From: an uncultured Planctomycetales bacterium
Lineage (GTDB): Bacteria > Omnitrophota > Gorgyraeia > Zapsychrales > JBDRMG01
Length of the DNA stretch: 64,000 nucleotides
Direction: 5' to 3'
Assembly: GCA_964478715.1 (NCBI GenBank)
Contig: CAYZIY010000005.1
Span: forward strand, 19,832-83,831
Shown here: positions 47,380 through 57,243 of the stretch, in pieces
Position numbering within the stretch: position 1 is the stretch's first letter
Layout: the number at the start of each line of letters is the position of its first letter
Program-made: the position numbers and the translations under genes
Notes under the pieces: generated by a model
The model's input: only the letters and a program-made list of their open reading frames with translations
What the model was told of the DNA's origin: nothing
Database searches by the model: none

Positions 47380-50300
47380 TGAAAATAACATTTGTTTATC
47401 CCCGTTTTGAGAAATTTCTCAGCAATAATCCTGAATTCGACCAGGGTGTGGTCGATTATTTTCTGGGGAATTTTACGACGCCGCCGTCTTTAGGCATTCC
47501 GATTATGGCATCCTGGACCCCGCCTGATATAGAAACCGAATTAGTGGATGACAATAGCGGAGACACCCTTGATTACAGCGCACCAACAGATTTGGTGGCT
47601 ATCAATTGTTTTACGCCTCAAGCCACGCGTGCTCTGGAGATTGCCGATGGCTATCGGGCTCATGGGAAAAAAGTAATTATGGGTGGATTTTTCCCTTCGT
47701 TTATGGTCGACGAATGTTTTCAATATGCGGATGCGGTTTGCGTCGGAGAGGTCGAACCAATTTGGGAATCTGTGATTGAAGATATGCGTTGTGGAGAGCT
47801 GAAGAAGAAATATGTTGGCGGATGCCGTTTCGATCTTTCCAAAATGCGTATCCCTAAGCGCGATATTTTTTATAATAAACATAATTATGACTGGGATGAA
47901 GACCTTGTCCAGATTACGCGCGGCTGTTCGTATAGCTGTGCGATGTGCGCGATCCCTGCTCATATGGGGCCGCGGATTCGCCTGCGTCCCATCGATCATG
48001 TTATCCAAGAGATCAAAACACTGAAATATGACAATGTATATCTGGCCGACGATGTGTTGTTTTTCCCGCAGAGAAGAATATATGATTATGTCACCCAACT
48101 CTTAGAAGCCCTTATCCCTTTAAATAAAAAATATTTTGTCAGCTCGACGATGGCGTTAAGAACTGATCCCAAGTTCCTGGATTTGGTCGCTAAAGCGGGC
48201 GTGCGCAATTTCTACTGCACCATGAACGTTGATCCCGTATCGATTAAGGCTATTCAAGGAGGAAAAAAGGAACAACAGATGCTCTGTGATCTGGTCAAAA
48301 ATATTGAAGAGCGCGGCATTCGTTTTTTTGGGTCTTTTGCGATCGGCCGCGATTGGGATGACACAAGCATTGCTGATCGTATTATTGATTTAAGCAACAA
48401 AGCTAATATCCGCACATCCGAATTCTTTTTGTTTACGCCGTATCCGGGTACCGTTCATTGGGAAAGGCTTGAGCGTCAGGGAAGAATTTTTGATCGCAAT
48501 TGGAGCCACTATAACGGTGCTCATGTAGTGGCCCATCATCCAACGCTTAGCGATGAACAGCTCTATGGTCAATTCGTGAAAATTTGGAAAGAGTTCTTTA
48601 AGAAAAATAAAGATCAGCATGCCGTGCATATGGCTCCCATTGAATATGAGGGAGGCAAAGTTGTCGCCGGTAAGCAGCTTCGAAAAAAGGGCATTAGAGG
48701 CCAAGCGGTGATCACCGGAGTCGGTTTTCTCAGTCCGATTGGCAGTGACAAAGAAACACTTCTGGATTCTTTGAAAAATGGTCGCCACGGCATTGCGCCA
48801 ATAACCAAATTTAACGCATCTCATTTTTCCACTAATCTTGGTGCGGAGATTAAAAATTTTGATCCCCAAGAATATTTGAGTGATTCTGAGCGTCGAGAAT
48901 ACGATGATGCCTATATCCAGTACGGAATTGTCGCTGCCCGTAAAGCCCTTCAGGACGCCGGTTTTCCGTTAGGAGAAGCCCCAAACAATCGCGACACAGC
49001 GATGGTTCTGGGAACTTGCAATGGCGGTCTCTTATCCGGAGAAAAAGAATACAGATGGATCCACGGCCAATCGGATGTTCCCTTTGATGAAAAGATGAAT
49101 TTGCTGGTTAAGTATTACGGATTCGGAAAGGCTATGGCGCATGCCCTAGGTATTGGCGGAGAATTATGGATGGTCACAACGGCGTGTTCTTCGACCACAG
49201 CAGCGATAGGGTTGGCTCACATGCTGATCCGCCGAGGATATTATAAAAAGGTTCTGGTCGGCGGATCGGATAGCTTAAGTTTGGCCAGCATGTCAGGATT
49301 TCATGGCCTGAAAGCACTCTCTTGTGGTCAGACTGCTCCGTTTTCTTTACCGGTTGGTTTAAACATCGGAGAAGCCGCTTGTTTTTGGGTTGTGGAAGAG
49401 ATGGAACATGCTTTGCTGCGGCATGCGCGTTGCTATGCAAAAATTGCCGGCCATGCCACTACCTCTGATGCCTATCATCCAACGGCTCCCGATCCTAGAG
49501 GGGATGGTGTATTTCGTACATTGTCCCGCGCTCTTAATCATGCCGGGATTGACTTAAACCATATCGGCTATATCAATGCGCACGGGACTGGAACGGAAGC
49601 CAATGACAGAGCGGAAAGCAAAGGAATTACTAAGTTTATAAACAATCACTCTATTCCTGCTGTTTCGCTGAAGTCATATTTTGCCCATTGCATGGGGGCA
49701 ACCGGCATTCTGGAGGCGACCTGCAGCCTTCTGGCTATGGAAGAAAACTTCATTCCGCCGACGATTAATTTTACACAAGGACGTCCGGGATGCACGCTTG
49801 ATTATGTTCCAAATAATTTTCGAAACAAAGAACACAAAGCCTTTATATCCGCCAATTATGCCTTTGGGGGTAATAATGCGGCGGCAGTTATAACCCAATG
49901 GAATTTTCCGACACCTCCTGTTACAAACAGCACCCAGCGGGTTGTGATTACCGGTGTGGGGGCCATTTCTTCTCTTGGCACGACCATGGAAGAAAATCTA
50001 ACAGCGTTACGCGAGGGTAAGCGTGGAATTGGCTCTATCAAACGATTGAACCTGAAGAATATGAAGTCCGAACTCGCCGGTTTGGTTCCAGAGTTCAACT
50101 CCCAAGACATCGATCGGCGTCTTGATTTTTCTCATATGAATCCGATCAGCAAATTTGCCACAGCAGCGGCCAAGCGGGCGCTTGATAATTCAGGTATCCG
50201 TGTGAGCAGAAGCAATGCCGATAAAATCGGTATTGCCATGGGCGTTTGCAGTGGGCCTTCAGAAGAGAGTCACATGAATAAACTGTTTACCAGCGGAAAA

Positions 50301-51155
50301 TATGAAGCAGATATCAGCTGTTTTTCTAACATCACGGCTAACTCTACGGCCGGCTGGGTGTCCAATGCTTTGTATTTAAAAGGCGTAAATATTTCTTTGG
50401 CGCCGGGTCATCATGCCGGTCTGCAGGCCTTGGCCTATGCTTTTGATGCGTTGGCAGAAGGTCAGGCCGATCAAATGGTGGTTGGTGCTGCTGAAGAGGT
50501 TTATCCTAATAATTATTGGAAATATGATCTGATCAATTATTTGTATACGGGCGAGCAGGAACATGACTACCGCCTGAGGTTAGACAATGCCAAACAAAAA
50601 GTGATCGGAGAAGGCGCTGGCATGATGGTTATGGAGCCGCTTCATATGGCCCAAAGCCGAGGGGCTCCCATCCTCGGAGAGGTGCTCGGCTATGGAATGT
50701 CTATGGATGGGGGGTCATTTCTTAAACAGAATCTGGATACGCACGGCTTACGCCATGCGTGTGAATTGGCAATACAAAGATCGAATAGTAAAGAGGACGA
50801 TATTGATCTGGTCGTCTGGGCTCCGCAAGGAAACGTTCAGGATAAGAAGGTGATGGATGTTTGCAAAGATATTTTCAAAGAGTGTTATGAACATGTGCCT
50901 TTGGTGACAACCACATTTCATACCGGATATATCGAAAGTGTTTCGATTATCCTTACGCTGGCGTGTGTTCTTTCGGCTATAAAGGAGGATTCTGATCTCT
51001 GGCCGCAAATAACCGGTATTAAGGAGATCGATCAAAAACCATTGAATAAAAAACCTCAGAATATTCTGGTTTTAGGCAGCAGTGATGTAGGATATAACTT
51101 TGCTGTTGTGATTAAACCCGATCCGTTCGATAAACTCCCATCGATTTCTGCATAA
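47376..51155 (+). CDS. Fusion protein: B12-binding radical SAM + active ketosynthase + inactive CLF-like ketosynthase
   Basis: B12-binding N-terminus (PPSLG, VIMGG), CSYSCAMC, TPYPGT; KS1 TACSS, NAHGTGT, KSYFAH; KS2 RVVITGVG lacking all three catalytic residues. Confidence 0.88.
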   Translation: MMKITFVYPRFEKFLSNNPEFDQGVVDYFLGNFTTPPSLGIPIMASWTPPDIETELVDDNSGDTLDYSAPTDLVAINCFTPQATRALEIADGYRAHGKKVIMGGFFPSFMVDECFQYADAVCVGEVEPIWESVIEDMRCGELKKKYVGGCRFDLSKMRIPKRDIFYNKHNYDWDEDLVQITRGCSYSCAMCAIPAHMGPRIRLRPIDHVIQEIKTLKYDNVYLADDVLFFPQRRIYDYVTQLLEALIPLNKKYFVSSTMALRTDPKFLDLVAKAGVRNFYCTMNVDPVSIKAIQGGKKEQQMLCDLVKNIEERGIRFFGSFAIGRDWDDTSIADRIIDLSNKANIRTSEFFLFTPYPGTVHWERLERQGRIFDRNWSHYNGAHVVAHHPTLSDEQLYGQFVKIWKEFFKKNKDQHAVHMAPIEYEGGKVVAGKQLRKKGIRGQAVITGVGFLSPIGSDKETLLDSLKNGRHGIAPITKFNASHFSTNLGAEIKNFDPQEYLSDSERREYDDAYIQYGIVAARKALQDAGFPLGEAPNNRDTAMVLGTCNGGLLSGEKEYRWIHGQSDVPFDEKMNLLVKYYGFGKAMAHALGIGGELWMVTTACSSTTAAIGLAHMLIRRGYYKKVLVGGSDSLSLASMSGFHGLKALSCGQTAPFSLPVGLNIGEAACFWVVEEMEHALLRHARCYAKIAGHATTSDAYHPTAPDPRGDGVFRTLSRALNHAGIDLNHIGYINAHGTGTEANDRAESKGITKFINNHSIPAVSLKSYFAHCMGATGILEATCSLLAMEENFIPPTINFTQGRPGCTLDYVPNNFRNKEHKAFISANYAFGGNNAAAVITQWNFPTPPVTNSTQRVVITGVGAISSLGTTMEENLTALREGKRGIGSIKRLNLKNMKSELAGLVPEFNSQDIDRRLDFSHMNPISKFATAAAKRALDNSGIRVSRSNADKIGIAMGVCSGPSEESHMNKLFTSGKYEADISCFSNITANSTAGWVSNALYLKGVNISLAPGHHAGLQALAYAFDALAEGQADQMVVGAAEEVYPNNYWKYDLINYLYTGEQEHDYRLRLDNAKQKVIGEGAGMMVMEPLHMAQSRGAPILGEVLGYGMSMDGGSFLKQNLDTHGLRHACELAIQRSNSKEDDIDLVVWAPQGNVQDKKVMDVCKDIFKECYEHVPLVTTTFHTGYIESVSIILTLACVLSAIKEDSDLWPQITGIKEIDQKPLNKKPQNILVLGSSDVGYNFAVVIKPDPFDKLPSISA

Positions 51156-51254
51156 TTCTGTGCCATTCACCATTTTCTTGTTGAACCTGTAAACTATTGT
51201 TTTTTTGCATGTTTCGTGTATAATTTATAAATTTGAAAGGAGAAATTGACGGTT

Positions 51255-51569
51255 ATGGACAGCGCGATGCAAAATGCTATAGAAAAACGGGCCCGCGTGA
51301 TCAATGCGATGAAAGAAGAGCTGATCAAGCGACTCAATTTGCCCTACACTCCAGAAGACATGCACGAAGATATTTCGCTTTTTGGGGCAGGACTTGGCCT
51401 TGATTCGCTGGATGCGCTTGAGGTCGTTTTATGCGTTGAGCATTGTTTTGGTATTAAAATTCCCGACCATAATGTGGCGATTTTACGTTCAATTAATACC
51501 CTGGCCGATTATGTCATAGAACAAAAAGAAAAGACGGAGATAGCCCATGAGAACGCTCCCGCTTCGTGA
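51255..51569 (+). CDS. Acyl carrier protein
   Basis: GLGLDSLDALE phosphopantetheine site, FGIKI, TLADY; alternative TTG start 51246. Confidence 0.92.
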   Translation: MDSAMQNAIEKRARVINAMKEELIKRLNLPYTPEDMHEDISLFGAGLGLDSLDALEVVLCVEHCFGIKIPDHNVAILRSINTLADYVIEQKEKTEIAHENAPAS

Positions 51570-52653
51570 TCTTTTGGCCGCTCAAGGGGCCTCTTTTAAA
51601 GAACGTTATGGGATCGAAGTTCCAACTGTCATTAGTGATCCCAAAAAGGAATATCATTTGATCCGCGATACGGTAGGCATTACGGATTTTTCTTTTATGC
51701 AGAAATACCGCATCTCCGGAGATACGGGCGTTGACCTGCTCGATCAATTGTTTGCAGGCAATGTGGCCAAAATCCGTTTTTGTCGAGTTTTACATACATT
51801 TCTTGCAAATAAACAAGGACAGCTAGTTGTTGATGCCTACATCGCCAATAATGATGAAGAGTTTATTGTCTTATGTGAAAGCATTATCGATGATGCCGCT
51901 TGCAAGGATCTTTGCAGGCTTAATGGTGATTCTGGCGGTCTCGAGGATTTAACCGACAGTCACGTAGTTTTCAGCATTGACGGGTATGATGCCTGGAAGG
52001 TTGTCAAAGATCTTTTTGGCGCCGACGTGCTTGGCTTGCCGTATCTTTCCGTAGAAACATACCCATTTGAAGATAGCTCTGTTTTCTTATTTCGCGCCGG
52101 AAAGACTTCTGAATTTGGCTATCTGGCCATGGCCCCCAAAGCAATCGGTCCACAATTAATGAACGCTTTGACTACCGCAGCCAAGCAGCATGGCGGCGGG
52201 CTTTGCGGAAGCAATATCCATCACGACCTACGCCTAGAAGGCCGTTTTTTTAATATTTATGCTGAAGGAAAAAGAGTCAGAGATCCGCTACCCCTTGGCT
52301 TGCAATGGATGATTGATTTTGACAAGGAATCTTTTCTGGGTCATCAAGTGATTCGCGAAAAACGCAAACAAGGTTTGAAGAATAAAATCATCGGTGTAAA
52401 GATCGCCGCTTCCAGCGGGGCTCTTAAGGTCGCAGATCCCGTTTTTGACCAAGAACAACAAGTAGCTTCCGTTGAAGCAGCATGCTTTTCCTATGTCCTT
52501 AATGCCCATGTCGGTTTGGCCTTGTTTCCTTTTTCTATGGCTTATGCCGGTTTAGCATTCCATCTCGGAAAGCCCGGTGGCCCCCGTCTTGATACCATTT
52601 CTATGCCTCCGATTATGCCCAAAAGTTTAAGCGTTAAGCTTGATGAAATGTAA
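51547..52653 (+). CDS. GcvT/aminomethyltransferase-like folate-binding protein
   Basis: EYHLIRDTVGITDFS, LRLEG, WMIDFDKESFLG, VGLA. Confidence 0.75.
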   Translation: MRTLPLRDLLAAQGASFKERYGIEVPTVISDPKKEYHLIRDTVGITDFSFMQKYRISGDTGVDLLDQLFAGNVAKIRFCRVLHTFLANKQGQLVVDAYIANNDEEFIVLCESIIDDAACKDLCRLNGDSGGLEDLTDSHVVFSIDGYDAWKVVKDLFGADVLGLPYLSVETYPFEDSSVFLFRAGKTSEFGYLAMAPKAIGPQLMNALTTAAKQHGGGLCGSNIHHDLRLEGRFFNIYAEGKRVRDPLPLGLQWMIDFDKESFLGHQVIREKRKQGLKNKIIGVKIAASSGALKVADPVFDQEQQVASVEAACFSYVLNAHVGLALFPFSMAYAGLAFHLGKPGGPRLDTISMPPIMPKSLSVKLDEM

Positions 52654-53123
52654 TGAGTGTTCAGGATCTAAACAGTTCAGAAGGCCGATTAATCAAACGC
52701 AAAATGAGAATCACGCCAAAACTGTATGAACTTGATATGCAGGGGGTGGTGTATAATGGTCACTATTTTAAATGGTTTGATCAAGCGCGCTTTGAAATCA
52801 TTTTGGAAATGATCTCTATTGATGAGATTCTTCAAACTGGTCTAACATTTATGATTTCGGAAAATCATTGTGAATATAAAAATTATGTGAGCTACGGTGA
52901 ACCTTTAGTGCTGCATACGTCGCATCGTATTCAGCCTGTGTATCAGGGCCGGTTGACTTTTCAACATTCGATTATGCATGAAAAAAAGAAGACCGAAATT
53001 GCCAGCGGCTATTCCAATCTGATTGTTGTGAATCAGAAAACAAAACAGCTGATTAAGGAAATGCCTGATTTTATCTGGCAAAGATATATCCATCTGCAAT
53101 CCAGCGGTGAACATGTCATTTGA
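52653..53123 (+). CDS. Hotdog-fold acyl thioesterase (4HBT/YbgC family)
   Basis: ELDMQGVVYNGHYFKWFDQAR. Confidence 0.85.
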   Translation: MSVQDLNSSEGRLIKRKMRITPKLYELDMQGVVYNGHYFKWFDQARFEIILEMISIDEILQTGLTFMISENHCEYKNYVSYGEPLVLHTSHRIQPVYQGRLTFQHSIMHEKKKTEIASGYSNLIVVNQKTKQLIKEMPDFIWQRYIHLQSSGEHVI

Positions 53124-53850
53124 TCATAAAGTTGTTGTTGTAACCGGCGGATCCAGAGGGATCGGTAAGGCTATCGTCGAGGCCTTCTGCGCACATAAGG
53201 CAAAGGTTTATTTCACATATCACAAAGATGAACAAGCGGCACAGGATCTAACAAATTCTTGCAAAGCTGTTGCCATCAAGTGCTCCCAAACGGATCTTGA
53301 GAGCATTGAAAAGACCGTAGAGTCCATCATTAAAGAGAATCAGTCGATCGATATTTTGATTAATAATGCCGGTATTACGTCAGATCAATTTCTGATGATG
53401 ATGACCTTTGATCAATGGGAAAAGGTCATTAATACCAATCTGCACGGGGCTTATCGTTGGGCCAAGATTGTGGGCCGGTCGATGTTGGCTGAGAGAAAAG
53501 GGGTTATGATCAATATCGCCAGTGTAGCCGGTTTGGTAGGCATTGCAGGGCAATCCAATTACGCAGCCAGCAAAGGAGGACTATTGGCCTTTACACGATC
53601 TATGGCTGCTGAGTTTGGACCCAGGGGTATTCGCGTGAATGCCGTTGTTCCCGGTTTTATCGAAACAGATATGACAGCCAAAATGTTCCGTCAGATTAAG
53701 CGACAAAACATCGAGAAAATTCTCCTGAAACGTTTCGGCAAACCCGAAGAAGTGGCCCAGGCGGTTCTGTTCTTATCCTCAGAAGGGGCCTCGTATATCA
53801 TTGGCCAATCTATCATTGTCGACGGTGGATTATCGGCCGTAGCAATCTAA
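53113..53850 (+). CDS. fabG: 3-oxoacyl-ACP reductase
   Basis: TGGSRGIG, NNAGIT, YAASK, PGFIETDM. Confidence 0.92.
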   Translation: MSFDHKVVVVTGGSRGIGKAIVEAFCAHKAKVYFTYHKDEQAAQDLTNSCKAVAIKCSQTDLESIEKTVESIIKENQSIDILINNAGITSDQFLMMMTFDQWEKVINTNLHGAYRWAKIVGRSMLAERKGVMINIASVAGLVGIAGQSNYAASKGGLLAFTRSMAAEFGPRGIRVNAVVPGFIETDMTAKMFRQIKRQNIEKILLKRFGKPEEVAQAVLFLSSEGASYIIGQSIIVDGGLSAVAI

Positions 53851-53852
53851 TT

Positions 53853-54806
53853 ATGAACAAAATAGTTTTTTTATTTCCCGGACAGGGATCCCAAGAGGTT
53901 GGTATGGGGCGGGATCTGTTTAAACAGGATGATGATTTCCGTGCGCTTATCAATGAAGCCAGCCAGCAAGCCGGGGAAGACCTTGAGCTTATCTGCTTAA
54001 GAGGACCGGCAAAAAAATTAGTGAGGCCGTCTTTGCTCCAGCCTTTACTTGTGGCGGTTAGCCTCGGGTATTTACGTCATGTCATAAGGAAAAATATTAT
54101 TCCTGATTTTGTGCTGGGGCATTCTTTGGGTGAAATCACGGCATTAGTTGCGGCCGGTATCATTGATGACCGCTTGGCTATTTCCATAGCCACCAAACGT
54201 GGCCAGTTGATGGATGAGGCAGCTACCGTCTGTGAAGGCGGCATGATGGCGATATTAGCAGTCGCCCCTGATAAAATTCAAGGCATCATAGATGACCTTG
54301 GTCTTGACAATCAAATAGTGATTGCGAATTATAATACGCTGGATCAGACGGTGCTGAGCGGTAAGCGATCTGCTTTTGATCAGTTGGTTGCGGAAATTCA
54401 TAAAGCCGGAGGAAAATGTAAGAAACTCAATGTCGCCGGGCCATGGCACAGCCCCTACATGCAAAACGCGTACGAACAGTTTCGCATATGGGTTGAGCCT
54501 TTGACATTCCAGTCACCCCAAATGCCCGTTATTCTTGATGGCACAGGCCAAGCAGAATCAGACCCCATTGTTATCAAACAGGCCATCACATCGAGCCTTA
54601 TTAATCCTGTTCAGTTTAGAAAATGCATGGAATATTGTCATGCGCAGTCCGTTAAGACCTTCCTTGAGATTGGACCGGGGCGGGTTTTGTCCGGACTGGT
54701 ACGCGCCAATGGATTTGAGGACACAACCCGCATCTACAAGGTCAATAATTACCGCGGTGTAGAATTGGTGGCCTCTGAATTATCTTCACAACCGCAATCC
54801 GCTTAG
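53853..54806 (+). CDS. fabD: Malonyl-CoA:ACP transacylase
   Basis: FPGQGSQ, GHSLGE, RG.LM, GPWHS, EIGPG. Confidence 0.92.
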   Translation: MNKIVFLFPGQGSQEVGMGRDLFKQDDDFRALINEASQQAGEDLELICLRGPAKKLVRPSLLQPLLVAVSLGYLRHVIRKNIIPDFVLGHSLGEITALVAAGIIDDRLAISIATKRGQLMDEAATVCEGGMMAILAVAPDKIQGIIDDLGLDNQIVIANYNTLDQTVLSGKRSAFDQLVAEIHKAGGKCKKLNVAGPWHSPYMQNAYEQFRIWVEPLTFQSPQMPVILDGTGQAESDPIVIKQAITSSLINPVQFRKCMEYCHAQSVKTFLEIGPGRVLSGLVRANGFEDTTRIYKVNNYRGVELVASELSSQPQSA

Positions 54807-54808
54807 AA

Positions 54809-55894
54809 TTAATCACAAGGTAGAGGGAAGTATTTATCGAGTCGGGAGAAAAGCATTTTGTCTCCTTGAATAACGAGCTTCTGATCCTTAAGCGCATTGC
54901 GCGCGTCGAGCTCTCGTAGGAAAATCTGTGACCACACATCACTCGTGGTGGTTATGCGCAGATGATAATCCTCCGATAGGCATTCTTTGACCGTACATTT
55001 TCCTTTATTGATTGTAATCGTAAAATGGATATTTCTATCAGTAAAATCAAATTGAACAGATGCTTTGATACGGGCTGTGGCTTGGGAATCAATGTGCCGG
55101 ACCATTTCGCTGATCAGAATGTAAGGATTTTTAAGAACATGGTTGTTGACGGAATTTGGATCCATAGCCTGCTTGCCTAGCGCTTGTGCTTCCTGCCAAT
55201 AAATGTTGGAATCCTCTAGAAAATGGGAAACATTTTCAGAAAGAGGCACACTGACATTGTTTATTATTGATTGTGAGATCTTACCCTGTGTCGCAAGCTC
55301 GGTGCCCGCGGTTCTAAAAGAAGACATTACAGTTCGAATCGTCTTGGGCTTTAAATAGGTAAATGGCAGCAGATAGGATTCACCGCGGATCAAGCCGCCA
55401 GCTAAAGGTAGGTTTAATCCTTCGGAAAAGAGTTCAAGCGTTTTACGGGCTCCTTCAAACGTATCTAAACCACGGAATGCCCCCACCAGGATATAGGCCA
55501 TTTTTTGTGGCCATTTTTTAGGATTGCGGATGGCGTTACGAATCTTATCTTGACCAGCGGGCAGATGCACATTTTTCATATAGGGCAATAAACGATCAAA
55601 GAATACTTTCAATGTGCCGCTGATACTGTAGATATATAAGGGTGTGGAGAAAACAACAATGTCGGCTTGTGTGAATGTTCCCATAGCAGAGGTCATATCA
55701 TCCTTATAAACGCATTGCCCGGGAGTTATCAGCCAACAATGATAACAACCCTTACAGGGATTGATTCTTTTGGTCGTTAAATCAATCTCTTGAACGTTGG
55801 CATTGCCTTGTTTCAGGCCTTCGATAAACAGATCGGTTAGCTGTTGGGTGTGGCCGTTTTTTCTGGGATTAGCGCGGATGATCAGGGCGTTCAT
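54809..55894 (-). CDS. Iron-sulfur flavoprotein/FMN reductase-like domain fused to an SCP2 lipid-binding domain
   Basis: NPRKNGHT, CKGCYHCW...GQC, STPLY, LKVFFDR; C-terminal ASVQFDF...LVIQGD. Confidence 0.8.
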   Translation of the reverse strand: MNALIIRANPRKNGHTQQLTDLFIEGLKQGNANVQEIDLTTKRINPCKGCYHCWLITPGQCVYKDDMTSAMGTFTQADIVVFSTPLYIYSISGTLKVFFDRLLPYMKNVHLPAGQDKIRNAIRNPKKWPQKMAYILVGAFRGLDTFEGARKTLELFSEGLNLPLAGGLIRGESYLLPFTYLKPKTIRTVMSSFRTAGTELATQGKISQSIINNVSVPLSENVSHFLEDSNIYWQEAQALGKQAMDPNSVNNHVLKNPYILISEMVRHIDSQATARIKASVQFDFTDRNIHFTITINKGKCTVKECLSEDYHLRITTTSDVWSQIFLRELDARNALKDQKLVIQGDKMLFSRLDKYFPLPCD

Positions 55895-56361
55895 AGCGTT
55901 CCTTCTACAGCTGCAAGAGTCAGGATACCTTTAGCAACGATTTTACGGCCAACGGTGGCTTCAACAGTGTAACTATAAAGCTGTTCAAATTGTTCACGAG
56001 TTTCCGAAATCAATTCAAGTGTTTCTCCCGGAAAAGCAGGGGAGGTGAATTTGACATTAGATGAGGCCAAGTAGAATATCTTGGGGGGTTCTTGCTGATT
56101 GCTGGGGATGGCTTTTTTACTGAAGCCTAAGAGCAACCCACTTGTTTGGGCTAAGGCATCCAGCACTAAGGCTCCGGGCATAATCGCTTTTTGCGGAAAA
56201 TGACCCTTAAACCATGGCTCATCTTCACGGATGAATCTTTCAGCAATGATAAGGTGATCCGGTTTGAATTTAATGACTCGATCAACAAAAAGAAAAGGAG
56301 GGCGATGGGGGATAATATCGAGGATCTCTTCTAATCTGAATAATGTATTTTTTTTCATCAT
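55891..56361 (-). CDS. fabZ: 3-hydroxyacyl-ACP dehydratase
   Basis: IPHRPPFLFVD, FKGHFP..AIMPG, ALAQ, PGE. Confidence 0.9.
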   Translation of the reverse strand: MMKKNTLFRLEEILDIIPHRPPFLFVDRVIKFKPDHLIIAERFIREDEPWFKGHFPQKAIMPGALVLDALAQTSGLLLGFSKKAIPSNQQEPPKIFYLASSNVKFTSPAFPGETLELISETREQFEQLYSYTVEATVGRKIVAKGILTLAAVEGTL

Positions 56362-56415
56362 GAAGTATTTTCGATAAAGACTTCTAAAAAAAATATAGCC
56401 GATACATTGAGGAAG

Positions 56416-57243
56416 TTAATGGGAGCCAGCAGCATTCTTAACTGGATCAGAAGAAAAGGATGAAGTAAAATTCTCGACGGTAGTCAAGATATGGGCTGAT
56501 CCCCGACCAGACTCCAGTCCTTCATATTTCAACCAGACACGAGGCTTATCTTTACTATACCACAACAAAGTCGGCGGCACAAATTGGTCAACAATGGCAT
56601 TGAGAAAACCCATATCGGTATTTATTTTGATTTGCACAGTTTCTATTTTTTGTGATTCAACCATGATAGAGTCTTCTTTAAGTAATTCGGCTTTTAACTT
56701 ATAGAGACCTGGTTCGCTGCTGACAAAATGAAAACGTATCGTTTCTCCAGCTATCAAATCATCAAGAAAAGGTTTTAAAAAATAAATAAGGGTGGCATAA
56801 TCTGTTGTGCGCTCCTTTAGAGGCAAAGATTGTTGTTCGATTATGTTCATATTCTCGTCCAAGCGTCTGATATGGATAATCTTATCTTGATAATCGTAAT
56901 CATTTTTAAGAGTGGAGATAATCCGATTTTCTCTATTTCTAATTGTAAAGAGAGTATAAAGTGGACAAAGAAGATCTTCTCTGCTTTCTGTTTGGGATTC
57001 AAGCTTCCAGCTTATATCGTTGAATGATCCGTAATTTCCCAGACCAGCTTCCTTAAGGACAAAGCGATCATTACTTAGATGCTTAAAATTTCCATCAAGG
57101 CGAGAGCGCATGACCTTGGTCTTTTTGTCGATTGATATTTGTTGATACGTTTCGACTTCAGGCCAAAGGAATTGGCCTAAGCATGGGCTGCAGCAGGAAA
57201 GGATTCCTAAGACAATGGCTGATTGGCGAATAAGCCTTTTCAT
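56416..57243 (-). CDS. Exported hypothetical beta-rich protein (paralog of 62274-63080)
   Basis: Signal peptide; shared motifs YDYQDKII, DQFV.PT..WY, WL.Y.G.E.G. Confidence 0.65.
   Translation of the reverse strand: MKRLIRQSAIVLGILSCCSPCLGQFLWPEVETYQQISIDKKTKVMRSRLDGNFKHLSNDRFVLKEAGLGNYGSFNDISWKLESQTESREDLLCPLYTLFTIRNRENRIISTLKNDYDYQDKIIHIRRLDENMNIIEQQSLPLKERTTDYATLIYFLKPFLDDLIAGETIRFHFVSSEPGLYKLKAELLKEDSIMVESQKIETVQIKINTDMGFLNAIVDQFVPPTLLWYSKDKPRVWLKYEGLESGRGSAHILTTVENFTSSFSSDPVKNAAGSH

Noticed and set aside
51547-52653. Glycine cleavage system formed with the E3 at 3008
   Set aside because: No H or P protein in the window, the genes are 47 kb apart, and the GcvT-like gene is embedded in the ACP operon
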